Source: a virus
IMG/VR virus record: IMGVR_UViG_3300042922_000836
Span: 64,001 to 128,000 of that record
Length of the DNA stretch: 64,000 bases
Direction: 5' to 3' (one strand)
This document shows, piece by piece, positions 43,698 to 55,871 of the stretch. The notes beneath the pieces were generated by a model, which was not told where the DNA came from, did no database searches, and was given only the letters and a program-made list of their open reading frames with translations. The position numbers and the translations under genes are program-made. How positions within the stretch are numbered: the stretch's first letter is position 1; each line of letters starts with the position of its first letter.

Positions 43698-45398
43698 TTA
43701 TTCATATGAATAAAAGCTTAAAACATCAGAATCATAAAAACAACCATCATTAATATCGGCTGTGATTATTTTATATTCTTTACTTGTTTTTACCAATTTT
43801 ATTAATGTTTTAAAATCATAAATGGTTGCATAATTTTTTCTTCCTACCCATTGTGATAAAGCTACATTTGTGGTATTTAAGAAAAAATGCATATCTCTGA
43901 TGTTTGTTCTGCATATCATTCCACCTTTTTGTTTGATCTTCATTAAAACATCATATTTCACATAATTTAAACCTTTAGATCCGATCCTTTCAAATCTCTT
44001 TTTGCCTGTAACATAATCGGTTCTTAAAAAATATATTGCATTTTCAAACCCTGTAACTTTGTTTATATTTTCATATGTATCACATTTTACTTCACCGATA
44101 AAATCAAAATTATCATTATAAGCTTCATAATTATACGTTTTTATAAATTCCATTTATTTTCTCCTTATGAATTTTAATTATCCTACTTTATCATGCCACA
44201 GTAATCCTCTTGCCTCATAAAGAGGAATCCAATGTTCTTCATAAAAATCATATCCAGCACCGTCAATTCCAAATATATAACCTATATCATCTGTTTTATA
44301 TATTCTAAAACCGCAATTTGCCATGATTTGTAAACCACCGTTTTCTTCCAACCACCATTTATCACAGCTATCTCCAAATTGCCACATAGTTCCCCACATA
44401 GGAAGAAAATCATCTCTTTGTACTTCAAAATCTTCTTCTTCAATTTCAACTACTTCATCATTAATTTCAGCTTTAATGTTTCCATTAGAAAGTTTTTCTA
44501 TAATTTCACCATATTCACTATGGTTAAACGAATATATGTAATTTCCTACAGATGATGGTGTTATTTCGGTTATATCATCAATATTTTTAATATATGCTCT
44601 TTTGATTAATACATGTGGAATAGCATTAAAACCATTAACCCATTGTTCACATGCTTCTTTTTTAGTCATTAATTTTATTCTCCTTTTATTACTTTTTATA
44701 TTTACTATTCATCTGTAAATAATGAAAAACCATATTGAGCTATAACCAAATAATTTATATCATTTAAATTTTTACATACACTTATATCAAGTTTTTTATC
44801 ATCAATAATAATTGCTTTAATATCATCTATTTCCGCATATATTTCAACTTCACCAGACCTGAAATCAAAATGTTTATACTTCATTTTTAAAGGCTCATTA
44901 TCATCAATTTCCAGAAAAGATTTATGAAAATATTTGCGTTCATCATACCATCCAGATACTAAAATATAACCTCTTAACATTTTTATTCTCCTATTAAATC
45001 CAATTATAATAATCGAGTGGCTCGTCATTTCTACGAAGATAATCTTCACATTCTTGACCTCTGTTCAACCATTTAAGAGCAATATCTTCCTTTATATAAA
45101 GGACACCATCAATAACCTTATACATATCATTGTCTGGATTATTTTTATTTTGTTTATATAAATACTTTTGATAATCAAGTTCAGTGCATGTATTATTCCA
45201 ATATTTACAATTGTAATTATTTTCGTTCATCCAATCTTGACACATTTTATCTAATTTTTTCATATCACCCATATGGTCATATCTGCCTGTATATTCTATT
45301 TTATCTAATAATTTTTCAGTTTCATCATCGACAATATGAATAATATGCTGTGTAAAATAATAATTAAAATTAATATGTTTTTCTTTATTTTTTGACAT
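43698..45398 (-). CDS. four hypothetical proteins (43698-44153, 44178-44669, 44705-45049, 44994-45398)
   Basis: co-oriented ORFs with AGGAG/GAGG RBSs behind element at 45513. Confidence 0.6.
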
Positions 45399-45538
45399 TT
45401 TTATACCTCTTTCAATTTATAGAATATTATTTTTTGGTAATGACAGCCACCTTTGAGGTGGCTATTTCGGCTAATCAAGCCATCATCAGATTACCTTTTA
45501 ATATCTTCATTTATATAACAATTTAAAATATCCTTTCC

Positions 45539-46492
45539 TTACATTTTAATTTTTGTTTTTGTTTTTGTTTTTGTTTTCGGTTTTGTTGTTGTTTGAAGTT
45601 TCATAGGGATTTTAGGTTCAAGCCATACATCAACATACGATGCACTATCCTCATCAAATTTATAAGTTAGTCCTTGATGTGTTAAAGCAGAATAACCAAT
45701 CTTTTTAATTGCAGTATCAGTATCATAATCATAGAGATAAACATTATTATTTTTATCAATCATATATAAATTTGAATCATCTATTATTCCTTTATTTGTT
45801 TTAACATATCCTTCGGAATCATCAAGCCACATTAGTTTTCTAACATCTAAATCAAAATCATTTAATTTATCATAATAATCATCCCACATGTCATAAATAC
45901 TATTAAAAATTCTTGGTTCATATGAACTATTGCTATATAAAATACCATCCTTTTCTTCAAAATTTCCAATTGTATAAATTTCACCCAAATCATCAAGAAA
46001 AGACATTTTACTTGTTATTGCATTATAAATTAATTTGTGACAAGTATTATCTTTATAAAAATCTTTCTTTAATTGTTTTATAGGAACTAATTGAGATATT
46101 ATATATTCCATAGTATCAGAGATATTTTTTCTTGGCACTATATTAATAATACCATTATGAGCAACTCCTAAATTTGTTCTGAAAGATAATTTTTGCAATG
46201 CTTCTACATTTTCAATTATAGGGAAAGGATGGCAATTTTGCTGATTAACTCCACCATGTGTTGCTATCCTAAAATGCATTATAAGAGAAATATCTTTTAA
46301 ATCTATTCGGCTTTTTAATTTATTTAATTGTTCCTTTAATTCTTCAAGTTTCATAAAGCCTTTTTCTATATTTACCATTTTATTTTCTGTCCACATGATA
46401 CCCGCACCATCTGAATTGTTAGTCCACATTGTTTCAATCAATTCATCTGAAGGCATTTCTACACCCTTTGGTTTACAAGCAATTATACACAT
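45539..46492 (-). CDS. class II (Ntn) glutamine amidotransferase
   Basis: N-terminal MC, N.DGAG, HFRIATHG, HPF, HNGII, SDT, SNSSY. Confidence 0.85.
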   Translation of the reverse strand: MCIIACKPKGVEMPSDELIETMWTNNSDGAGIMWTENKMVNIEKGFMKLEELKEQLNKLKSRIDLKDISLIMHFRIATHGGVNQQNCHPFPIIENVEALQKLSFRTNLGVAHNGIINIVPRKNISDTMEYIISQLVPIKQLKKDFYKDNTCHKLIYNAITSKMSFLDDLGEIYTIGNFEEKDGILYSNSSYEPRIFNSIYDMWDDYYDKLNDFDLDVRKLMWLDDSEGYVKTNKGIIDDSNLYMIDKNNNVYLYDYDTDTAIKKIGYSALTHQGLTYKFDEDSASYVDVWLEPKIPMKLQTTTKPKTKTKTKTKIKM

Positions 46493-47829
46493 ACTGATAC
46501 CTCACGTTCAATTAATTTCATGTTTTCCATATAATTATTTAATTCCTCATAAGAAGTATCTTCAAAAATATCTTCCCATTTTGTGGAGCTTATCATTTTC
46601 AGATTAATTTTTTTAGCATATCTGCAAATCGTATCAACGAATTGTAATGTAGCTTTAAGTGTACTAATATTTAATGTACCCTTGAAAATACGGAACTCAA
46701 TTGTATTTCTGTTTTCAAGATTTATAGCTTGATACCTATTACCCTTGCAATATTTTACTTTATCGCACATTGTATATTCATTATCGTATGTATCATAAGA
46801 TAATTCATTTTTTCTTGCCCATTCATATAATTTGTTTACATTTCTTCGAGAGAATTTAACAACATTTGTGTCCCAAAACCTATTTATTAATAAAATAAGT
46901 TTTGCTATGTTTAGATCTTGAGTAACCTCATTTTGACCGAAAAATTTTCGACTAACATGAACATGTAAACCACATGTATTTGTTTCATGCGACTTAAAGC
47001 CATTTTCCTTGCAAATATCAGCAATTTTATCCCAACCTAAATCATCCATATGATAATCAAGGGAGGCTGGGTGCGAAACAATTTCAAAACCATGATTAAG
47101 ACTTCCATCATGTTTACAATAAATATCATCAGTCATATCTGTTAATCTTTTAGCAATTCTATTTGGTTCATCACCATCATCAACTTCCAGTTCAACACCC
47201 ATATATAAATTATCTATTGGATTACCTAAAAATTCTGGATCTGGTTTATAACCATGGTTTCTAATACTTGATCTTTCAATATTATCATAACAATTATTAC
47301 AATAATATTCTTCTGTTTCATCATCATAATTTGCATCATCATTTTGTATAACATCATCACAACTGTGGCATTGAGTCCAATTACCACTACAGCTATCACA
47401 TATTATTAAGTTTGTGTCATAAGTTATATATGCATAAGAATAATATCTACCGCAATCAGCACACTGATAATAGTCACCAGCACAACGATCACATACATGT
47501 TTTTCATGGTTTGTACCATAATTTATAATTTCATAATCATTTGTTATTTCACCGCAGTCTTCACAAGTTATACATGAATCATTATCATAACAACCTTGAC
47601 AAACATAATCATTATTGTGTTCATCATAACACGCATCTTCTTCTTTAACAAATTCACCACATTCTCTGCATTTAATATAACCCATTCTTTCAGAACATTC
47701 ACAACACAATTCATCACCGTCTTCAGTAGTTATATAATCGCCATCTTCACAAACACAACCACATTCGGTGCATATAATATCATTGTTTTCCATTTCCTCA
47801 TTGTTTTCAATTATTTCGTTGTTTTTCAT
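46483..47829 (-). CDS. amidoligase (COOH-NH2 ligase, Amidoligase_2) with N-terminal Cys-rich repeats
   Basis: GVELEV, DGSL, FEIVSHP, CGLHVHVS, RYQAIN, TIEFRIFKGT; about ten CxxC pairs at N-terminus. Confidence 0.85.
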   Translation of the reverse strand: MKNNEIIENNEEMENNDIICTECGCVCEDGDYITTEDGDELCCECSERMGYIKCRECGEFVKEEDACYDEHNNDYVCQGCYDNDSCITCEDCGEITNDYEIINYGTNHEKHVCDRCAGDYYQCADCGRYYSYAYITYDTNLIICDSCSGNWTQCHSCDDVIQNDDANYDDETEEYYCNNCYDNIERSSIRNHGYKPDPEFLGNPIDNLYMGVELEVDDGDEPNRIAKRLTDMTDDIYCKHDGSLNHGFEIVSHPASLDYHMDDLGWDKIADICKENGFKSHETNTCGLHVHVSRKFFGQNEVTQDLNIAKLILLINRFWDTNVVKFSRRNVNKLYEWARKNELSYDTYDNEYTMCDKVKYCKGNRYQAINLENRNTIEFRIFKGTLNISTLKATLQFVDTICRYAKKINLKMISSTKWEDIFEDTSYEELNNYMENMKLIEREVSVCV

Positions 47830-47909
47830 TTTTATAATCCCCTTAAAGTTTATTTATATTTAAATTTATTACTTTGTACGTTCTTATAACAAATAAAATC
47901 GGTATTTCC

Positions 47910-48788
47910 TTACAAGCTAAAAGCTTTAAGAAATTCCTGTGCCTCATCAATAAATGATGTAGCAACTTCATCAAAAATATAATTATCAGAGTCATTGTCA
48001 TAACGCAAACATATCCATACAGATGATGTAAATTGAAATTCGCTGAAAAAATCACTATTTAAATCAAAATTATTATCAAGTTCATAATAATAATCATGTA
48101 TTAAATTTGCATTTTCTTGACTTTTAATATGAAACCAGCGATGTTCATATCCTTCACTTGCATAACCTACATACGGTGGTTTTAAATAAAAATTTTCTAT
48201 TGCTTCAACTTTTTGCTTTAAAATTTGTAAATCTGTTTTGTTCATAGCTAATCTCCTTGAATTAAAATCATATTTAAATTATTATTTACGACATTGTTAT
48301 AACAATAAAAAACGTTATTTCCTTACATAACGTTTACATTATCAAGATTTATAACGGAAGATATACCCTCAATATAATATTCGCCACCATTGATTGGAAT
48401 GTATGTATCTAAGTCTTCATCAGACAATTCTTCAGCTTTATATAAGGGAACAGGAAAACCCTCCACACTGAATTCTTCATAATAATCATCAAGAGCTTTA
48501 ATTAAATCACCATTTTCATCACAATTAACTATTATAAAATTTGTCCATGCTGTGCCTGAAATTAAATTTAATCTTAACATATTAAATCTCCTTTGCTGTT
48601 TCCCAAATTTCCAATATTAATTGTTTTAAATCAAAAAACATCATTATTTGTTTTTTAGTAAAAAGAAAATAAATACCCATAGGCAAGAATATTAATACTG
48701 CTGTAATATCTTTTGTGATAAAAACATTAACTATTGAAATTGCCACAAGAATTAAACCGCATAATCTTTGTTTCATATGTATCTCCAT
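47910..48788 (-). CDS. three small proteins (47910-48245, 48323-48580, membrane protein 48582-48788)
   Basis: GGAG RBSs; two end inside the 30-bp element. Confidence 0.6.
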
Positions 48789-48818
48789 TTTATTACTTTA
48801 ATCGTTCTTCATGTATTT

Positions 48819-48847
48819 ATATTACTACAATTTTTGCTATATGTCAA
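48819..48847 (-). promoter_or_regulatory. sigmaA-type promoter
   Basis: TTGACA-N17-TAATAT with ATTACTTTAATCG motif at 48792. Confidence 0.55.
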
Positions 48848-48890
48848 TATCCTTTTTTTTACAATGATTATTATTTTAAACGTTATTAGC

Positions 48891-48920
48891 AAAAAATAAA
48901 ACTCCGTCATTAACGGAGTC
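48891..48920 (-). terminator. rho-independent terminator
   Basis: ACTCCGT-N5-ACGGAGT followed by TTTATTTTTT on minus strand. Confidence 0.7.
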
Positions 48921-48927
48921 TTATTTA

Positions 48928-49645
48928 TTAATCAACTATTTTTAAAACATCATTAACATTAATATCAAATAATAGAGAACCATCCAAAGTTGGCTCAATA
49001 TCGAAAACATCAATATTTTTTATAAACTCAATAAATTCAACTTTTTGGTCACGTTTTAAGTCAAATATATCAATTTTTATTTGAAAAAAGCCATTTGTTT
49101 CTGTTGGCTCTATATTATCTATTGGTACAATTTCACCATTATATTCTATAACCAATTTTTTCATATATTCAATAGCCTTTTGATATTTTTCATATTGTGG
49201 TTGATTAATGATAAATTTTTTGTCTTTTATGCTTTCCCTATATCTCCTATCCAGTTCCATTAAAAATTTTGCTAAAACTACATCTTTTTCTTCGGGAGTC
49301 ATTAAATCCCTCCTTTATCAGACATAAATTCATCATTTCAAGTTTATTTTCAATTATATAACAACAAGAAAGCTGAATTCCTTACTTATAATATTTCGGT
49401 GGTAACAATTTTTTGCCGATATAACTTGCAAGATTTTCACGTTTTATTGGTATTTCAACTTTAGATCTTGTAATTCTGCCACCATCAGTTTTTTGATTCC
49501 AATTTATATAATTGTTTTCAGTATCATAAAACCAAATTTCTATATATCCATCAACAAATCTTTGATTCTCAATCCGATTAATCGAAATAATTTTATCTTT
49601 AAGTATAATGGTATCTCCGCTTTTTACTCTCCTGACTTTACCCAT
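48928..49645 (-). CDS. two hypothetical proteins (48928-49302, 49382-49645)
   Basis: co-oriented ORFs; separated by element at 49356. Confidence 0.6.
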
Positions 49646-49696
49646 TTATAATAATTCTCACTTCCCTATTTCGTTGTTTTTATATTCAATCATTTA

Positions 49697-49918
49697 TTAA
49701 TTTATTTCTTCTTCAACCATTTTCATGAATTCTTTGTCTTTTCTCAATTGTTCGCTGGCAAACTGCAATGCCCATCCATATTGCTTAACAGCTTTCATAA
49801 CCACTTCACGATCATTACGAAGTTCAAGACTGACAAATTCTAATGTCATTCCACCTTCATTTTTTATTTTCTTTAATACGAATTCCTTATCCGACCAATT
49901 TTCTCTCATGATTTCCAC
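49697..49918 (-). CDS. DUF4116-like repeat protein
   Basis: LEFVSLELRNDREVVMKAVKQYGWALQFASEQLRKDKE. Confidence 0.7.
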   Translation of the reverse strand: MEIMRENWSDKEFVLKKIKNEGGMTLEFVSLELRNDREVVMKAVKQYGWALQFASEQLRKDKEFMKMVEEEIN

Positions 49919-49922
49919 CTAC

Positions 49923-51162
49923 TTAATAATCTTCAGATTCAATTGGTTCTTCCCAATTTTCAGGTGGTTTCAAGTGTTGACCAAACATATTATACCACTC
50001 GCCACATTCACATTGACAAGCACCACAATATTGGTCAGTAAGTTCAACTTCTTTGCCACATTTATCACAAATTCCAACTGAAGGTTTCATATAACTACTT
50101 TCATATTTTACAATACCTTTATCAATAAGATCAGGATGTTTACCATTAATACAATCATCATAATTTTCATTTGCTCTTGTATTATTTGGCTCTATTTTTA
50201 AATTTCCTTCTTCATCGCAAGGAAAAGAAAACCCAAAATTATTTGTTTTATCCATAAACTCACGTTTATAATAAAAACTTGTAATTTTATGCCTTTGACT
50301 TATTATTTTCATATTATACCTCATCTGTTTCATTCTATAGCTGATTCTATGCTTTGAATAGCTTCATCCAAGTTATTTACAGCTTCGTCTAAGTTATCAC
50401 GAGCCGATTCTGCTTGTTGATAACGTTCTGAGCCTTGCAAATTTTCAGGTATGTTATCGAGATATTCTTCTTCCTCATCTTTGATATTGTTTAAATCATC
50501 ACGCAGTTCATTAAGCTGGTCTATGATTTCTTGCAAAGATTTTCTTCTTTCTTTATTCATATATTTTTTAATCTCCTTTTATTTTTTATTCAATTTTTCT
50601 ATTTTCAAACTACCAACAATTAAATCAGCTAATAAATTATTATCTAAAACATTAAAATTATTAATCATCCCCTCATCAGTAAAATAATAAGGATTTTTAA
50701 TTTTTTGTAGTATATTTGGTCGTTCTTTTATAATATTGAATTCTTCAAACAGGTCTAATCCAATTAAATTGCAAACCTCATCCATATGATTCATTTCTTT
50801 ATCATCCTTATTTTACATTAATAACTTATATCCATGTGGAAAAAGTATTCACTTGAATTGTTTTCCATATCAAAAATAGTTTGCTGACTTTTACCATTTA
50901 AATCATCTATATCTGCAAACAATATTGTTATTTCTTCTTTGTCAGAAATATCGCCCATATGCTCTCTAATATAATCATCTATTTCATCAGCAGTTACCAC
51001 CGCTACAATATTTGTATTTTCATATGTTTTTATATCAAATATTTTATTATCCGTAGAAGATTTAAGGTTTGTCAAAGCCAAAATTCCTTTGGCAAACTTA
51101 TCAATGTCATCATGACCTTGTATTGTATAACAAAAACCTTTTACTTTATTCAACTTAAACAC
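49923..51162 (-). CDS. four hypothetical proteins (49923-50333 Zn-ribbon, 50330-50560 coiled coil, 50579-50794, 50818-51162)
   Basis: co-oriented ORFs with RBSs behind element at 51184. Confidence 0.6.
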
Positions 51163-51227
51163 CTCTTATTAATTTATTCATTTATATAACAATAATAACC
51201 TAAAATTCCTTACATGTCAATACTTTG

Positions 51228-51425
51228 TTAGGAATTTTTTGTATTTCTCTTATTAACATTCGGAACATATTCTTTAAAACAAACCATATTATTTTCTTCA
51301 TCAATCAAAATTTCCATAGGCATACCCTCTTTAAGATTAAAAGGTATACTAACATCTTTCGGAATTAATACCTTGCCATTTTCATCGATACGTACCATAA
51401 TTTCTAAGCTTTTCAACATAAACAT
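51228..51425 (-). CDS. AbrB/MazE/SpoVT-family DNA-binding protein
   Basis: VRIDENGKVLIPKDV...FNLKEGMPMEI; start placed downstream of element at 51438. Confidence 0.75.
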   Translation of the reverse strand: MFMLKSLEIMVRIDENGKVLIPKDVSIPFNLKEGMPMEILIDEENNMVCFKEYVPNVNKRNTKNS

Positions 51426-51548
51426 TTCCTTTCGTTTATATAACTTTTTGAATTGAATAATCCTTACATTCACATAAGCACCCAAACCGAAATTTCGATG
51501 CTTATATTAATCCAAGAATATAACAATTGAAATTGATCTTTCCTTACA

Positions 51549-54128
51549 TCATTTAAGTAACAATTTCACAACTTCTTCCGCAATACATAAATGACTGTCA
51601 CCCAAAACATTTATAACCCTTTGATAATCATTATCATAGGTTACAATAACAGCCTCTGTCAAATTATAAAGTTTATCACTAAAACGATTAAGTTTATATT
51701 CATAATCATTTTTGTATTCAAGCTTTTTCAAACCTCTTTCGCCTTTGAGAGCCTCAGACAATTTTTCAACAAACTGTCTTTTAGCCTCAAATTCTTCTTT
51801 ATTCTCAATTTTTTCGGTTTCAGTTAATTTTTCGTACATATTATCAATCACCATTCTTAATTTATTTTATTTGATAGGTCATCAATATCAAACATTGCTT
51901 TACTACCGTTCTGTAAATAATACAGCACAGCTTCATAAGCTTCAATCGCACCTTTACAATTATTATACATTGCAACAACTTGCGGATTTTTATCATTTTC
52001 AAAATCTTTGGCATACTTTACCTGTTTTTCCATTGCTTTTTTAATGATAATTTTAAGTTCTGACATTGACTTAGCCATATATTTTAATCTCCTTAAATTA
52101 TTTAATAGAAATAAGTCGCATTTTTTTCATTTTCATTTTATTGTCTGGAAATTCCTCATGGTAAATATTTTTCATTTTTTTAATTGCATCACCAACATTT
52201 TTTGCAGTTATTTTGTATGGATTAGATTCTATGTAGCCTATAAATTTTTGCATATTTACATTCCCCTTTCATTTACATAACAATTAAGATTAAATATTCC
52301 TTACCTTAAATCATTTTCTAAACAATCAACAATACATTTTGCTATAATATGTTTATCATATTCACACCAACGATTTCGACCTAAAACTCCCAATCCATTA
52401 CTTGAATAATCTTTTGTATCTTTTGCATATCGGTACATTATTTTATTATGTAAAGAATTACAACATGACCTTTCAGTTGTGAGATATACCACTTTGTTAT
52501 TAACTGGATTTTTTACAAATCCACTGCAACCTCTTTTTTCACCATTAATTATGATATTTTTAAGAGAATATTCAAATCCATCATTAATATTTTTTACCGA
52601 ATTTTTAATTGTTGTTGCTAAAAGAATTTCCTCATAATTAAGTTTCATTAATCAACCAGCTCCTTCATCATTTCATTTAATGCATTATAATCTAAATTAC
52701 CGCTTATATATTTTATATGGTCTGGTGTTTTGTCATATTGCATACCCATATGTTTTATAAAGCTTGAATAAGGCTTTTTTGACTCCTTGTGATTTTTCAT
52801 AAAATCAACTGCACTGCGATATAAAGGTTCTTCATTGTTTATCCATAATGAAACATTCCAAGTTGACTGATTTCTCCAACCATTGTAGTCTGTATTTTCC
52901 ATATTAGCACCTCATTAAAAATTTTTATCTACAATCATATAACGTTTAAGATGATTAATTCCTTACGTTATTTTTTCTTTACAGGTTTTACATTTTTATA
53001 AGCTATTAAATTTATGTAACCTATATATATATTTTTATCATAATATTCATTCATCATTATGTCGTGTAATTTATCATTTGCCTCATCATAATTTTTTGCG
53101 GTTATATTGTATTTGTCAAAATTTATAATGCCAATATATTTTCTCATATATTTGCCATTTCGTAATATTCTTCAATTTCGGTTGTCGGAAATTTATTTGC
53201 AAAATAATTCGCATTATCATTATCAAAATCGTAAATCATTGAGCCTAAAGACATACCGTCTTTAACGATATATGTTATCGTTTCATCAAAAATTGCATAT
53301 GCTTTAGCCATTATATATGCAGTAAAACTATCTTCAAAATATCCTATGACCGACATACCAAGTGAATTATTTTCATCATCGAATTTTATTTTTGTTACTT
53401 TATACATATATTTTATCTCCTATACAAATACATTCATCTTCCATGATACCGTCAAGCCATTCTAAAAGCTGTTTTTCATTTTTAAAATATAAAGGAAGAG
53501 CCAAACCGTCTGCATAAACTCTTAAAGAGTCTTTATCGGACTCAATAGGATCGAGAGCATAACCCATTGTTTCAAGTTTTTTAATTGTTGAATTTTTCAA
53601 TTTTACTGCCATGATTTATTACCTCATTATTTTAAATTTAATTGTAGGATGATTTTTCAACCACCCTACAATCATATAACATTTATATTAATAATTTCCT
53701 TACATTGTCAATTTATCGATTTTTGCTTTGAGGATTTCTTTTCTTTCAGAAATTTTATTAATTTCAGTTCTTATATCATTTAACATAGACATAAATTCAG
53801 CTAAAACTGAACCATCGAATGAATTATCAATTACTGAAAAGAACCGTTTATATTCAAATAATCTTACTTCATTAGTTCCCAATTTTTGATTGATTTTATC
53901 ATTTAATTTTTCAAACAAATAGAAAAGATGAGATTCTTCTACTTCCATAATTTCGTTTTTTAAGCGATTCATGTCTTCAGAATTATAACCAAGGTCTTTC
54001 AATGTATCATATACACCGTCATAATAGCTTTGATATGCAAGATAATCATCATCGTGTTCTTTTTCCTTATACATTCCGTAAGCATTTTTGAATCTTTTTT
54101 CAATTTGCGATTTCTGTTTTTTTGTCAT
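51549..54128 (-). CDS. run of small hypothetical proteins (51549-51854, 51857-52078, 52301-52648, 52648-52902, 53144-53407, 53400-53612, 53700-54128)
   Basis: one or two genes per element-bounded unit, with RBSs. Confidence 0.6.
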
Positions 54129-54930
54129 GGTAAAACCACCTTTAAAAAATTTTATTTACATTTATATAACATTCAGAATTAAATATTCCTTACAAACAAC
54201 ATTTTCGCCTCATCAACATATTTATACTGATTTTGAACAGTCAACCATAAGGTAGATGTTTTAAGCGAGGTATCTATCTTTGCGTATGCATCCGCAAAGT
54301 GTTGTTCAACCTCTAAATTCGGAGTCGCATATATTCTTATATATTCATCCCTTTCTTTTAAATTTCGGTACTACACGCAGTTACTTTCACTGCCCTCATC
54401 CTCTATCGGCTCGTCAGCCTCACCTCTACCTCGTACCATTTTAACCTCTTTCATTAATTTGTTTATTGATTTTAATTATTTATTCAGTAAAAGTGTTTCA
54501 TAAAAATCACCCCTTTTGCTTGATAAATTTGGCGAAATCGTCATCAATATTCATCATACTACAATTCAAAACTCATTCTATAATTCATCATTTTTCCATT
54601 TAAATTAAACTACCACTTGATAACCACCCTCTTTCAATTATGTAATTTTAAAAATCTTTAATTCCTACTAATTTTTTTCATAGAAATCACCTCTTTCACT
54701 TATATAACGTTTCAAACATTTAATTCCTTACCAAGTCATAAAACCACCCCTTTAAAGAATTTTTGCATGGATTATAAAACAATCATCTTTATTTCCCAAC
54801 AGATGAATACACCGTTGAATTTTGTTTTACATTTATATAACGTTTGCTTTGAGTATTTCCTTACGGTAAATTATCCGTACAATCGAAGGCTTGAAGATTT
54901 ATTTCCTCAAGCCATCTCAACACCTATAAT

Positions 54931-55422
54931 TTATCTTAAAACTGAAAATTTCGTTTCATATTCAACCGAGCCATATCTTGCTCTTATTTGTTCAAGTGAC
55001 ATTTTATGTTTATTTTTTGTGTTGTCTTCGGGCAAATGCCATGCCCAAGCTGTTTTGTTTTTACACCATGAAAAACCTAAACTTTTCAGCTTGTCTTTAT
55101 ATTGTAAGGTATTACCACTTATCCAGATCCATTTACCAACGAGTTCAACCTTGCATCCACCCATAAAAATTACCGAATTTATGATTTTTTGAAATTCTTC
55201 AGGAGTTTCGGAATTTTCGGTTTTGCTTTCATAAACCTCATTTTCTATATTACGATGAATATTCTTATATATCATAAATGCTGTTTCATATTCAGCATTT
55301 ATTTGTTGCATTATTACAGTAGTATCAATATCTTTATTAAGATCAGGATGATACTTTTTTGTGAGAACACGATATAATTCTTTTACATCTTCCAAAGTTT
55401 TAACATTTACAAAATATTTCAT
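54931..55422 (-). CDS. J-domain (DnaJ-like) protein
   Basis: LYRVLTKKYHPDLN..MQQINAEY; C-terminal WIWISGNT..LKSLGFSW; GAGGTG RBS. Confidence 0.8.
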   Translation of the reverse strand: MKYFVNVKTLEDVKELYRVLTKKYHPDLNKDIDTTVIMQQINAEYETAFMIYKNIHRNIENEVYESKTENSETPEEFQKIINSVIFMGGCKVELVGKWIWISGNTLQYKDKLKSLGFSWCKNKTAWAWHLPEDNTKNKHKMSLEQIRARYGSVEYETKFSVLR

Positions 55423-55493
55423 GATAAGCACCTCATATTAAATTTTAAATTAAATTTCCTTGCAATTATATAATACTTGAATTTAAGATTTCC

Positions 55494-55823
55494 TTACGCA
55501 ACGATTTCAAGGACTTTCATTCGGTCAGCCAATATCCATTGACCGCCTTGTGACTCAGGTCTATCATATGTAGAAAAATTTTCAACTTCGACTTTTACCC
55601 AAACTCTCGCACAGCCATTTTTAGGATTTTTACTTAAATGTGGTGCATATGGTGTAAAGGTACAATGCCATCCTTGACGAACCGCAAAACCTTTTGTCGG
55701 AATACATTCAGACTTCAACCATTGACCAACAGGAACAACATTTTTTGCACCAATAAACAAAGCACCCAGAGTTCCGTTTTTTCTTAATTTCATCAGTTTA
55801 TAAGCTATCATTTTCAAAACCAA
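55494..55823 (-). CDS. hypothetical protein
   Basis: bounded by elements at 55846 and 55468; stop inside element. Confidence 0.65.
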   Translation of the reverse strand: MVLKMIAYKLMKLRKNGTLGALFIGAKNVVPVGQWLKSECIPTKGFAVRQGWHCTFTPYAPHLSKNPKNGCARVWVKVEVENFSTYDRPESQGGQWILADRMKVLEIVA

Positions 55824-55871
55824 CCTTTAAATTTTAATTACACTTATATAACAATTGAATTAATTGATTCC

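Noticed and set aside
45549-45580. (TTTTTG)n microsatellite as phase-variation switch
   Set aside because: Hexamer unit keeps the frame and lies at the extreme C-terminus, so it cannot switch the gene
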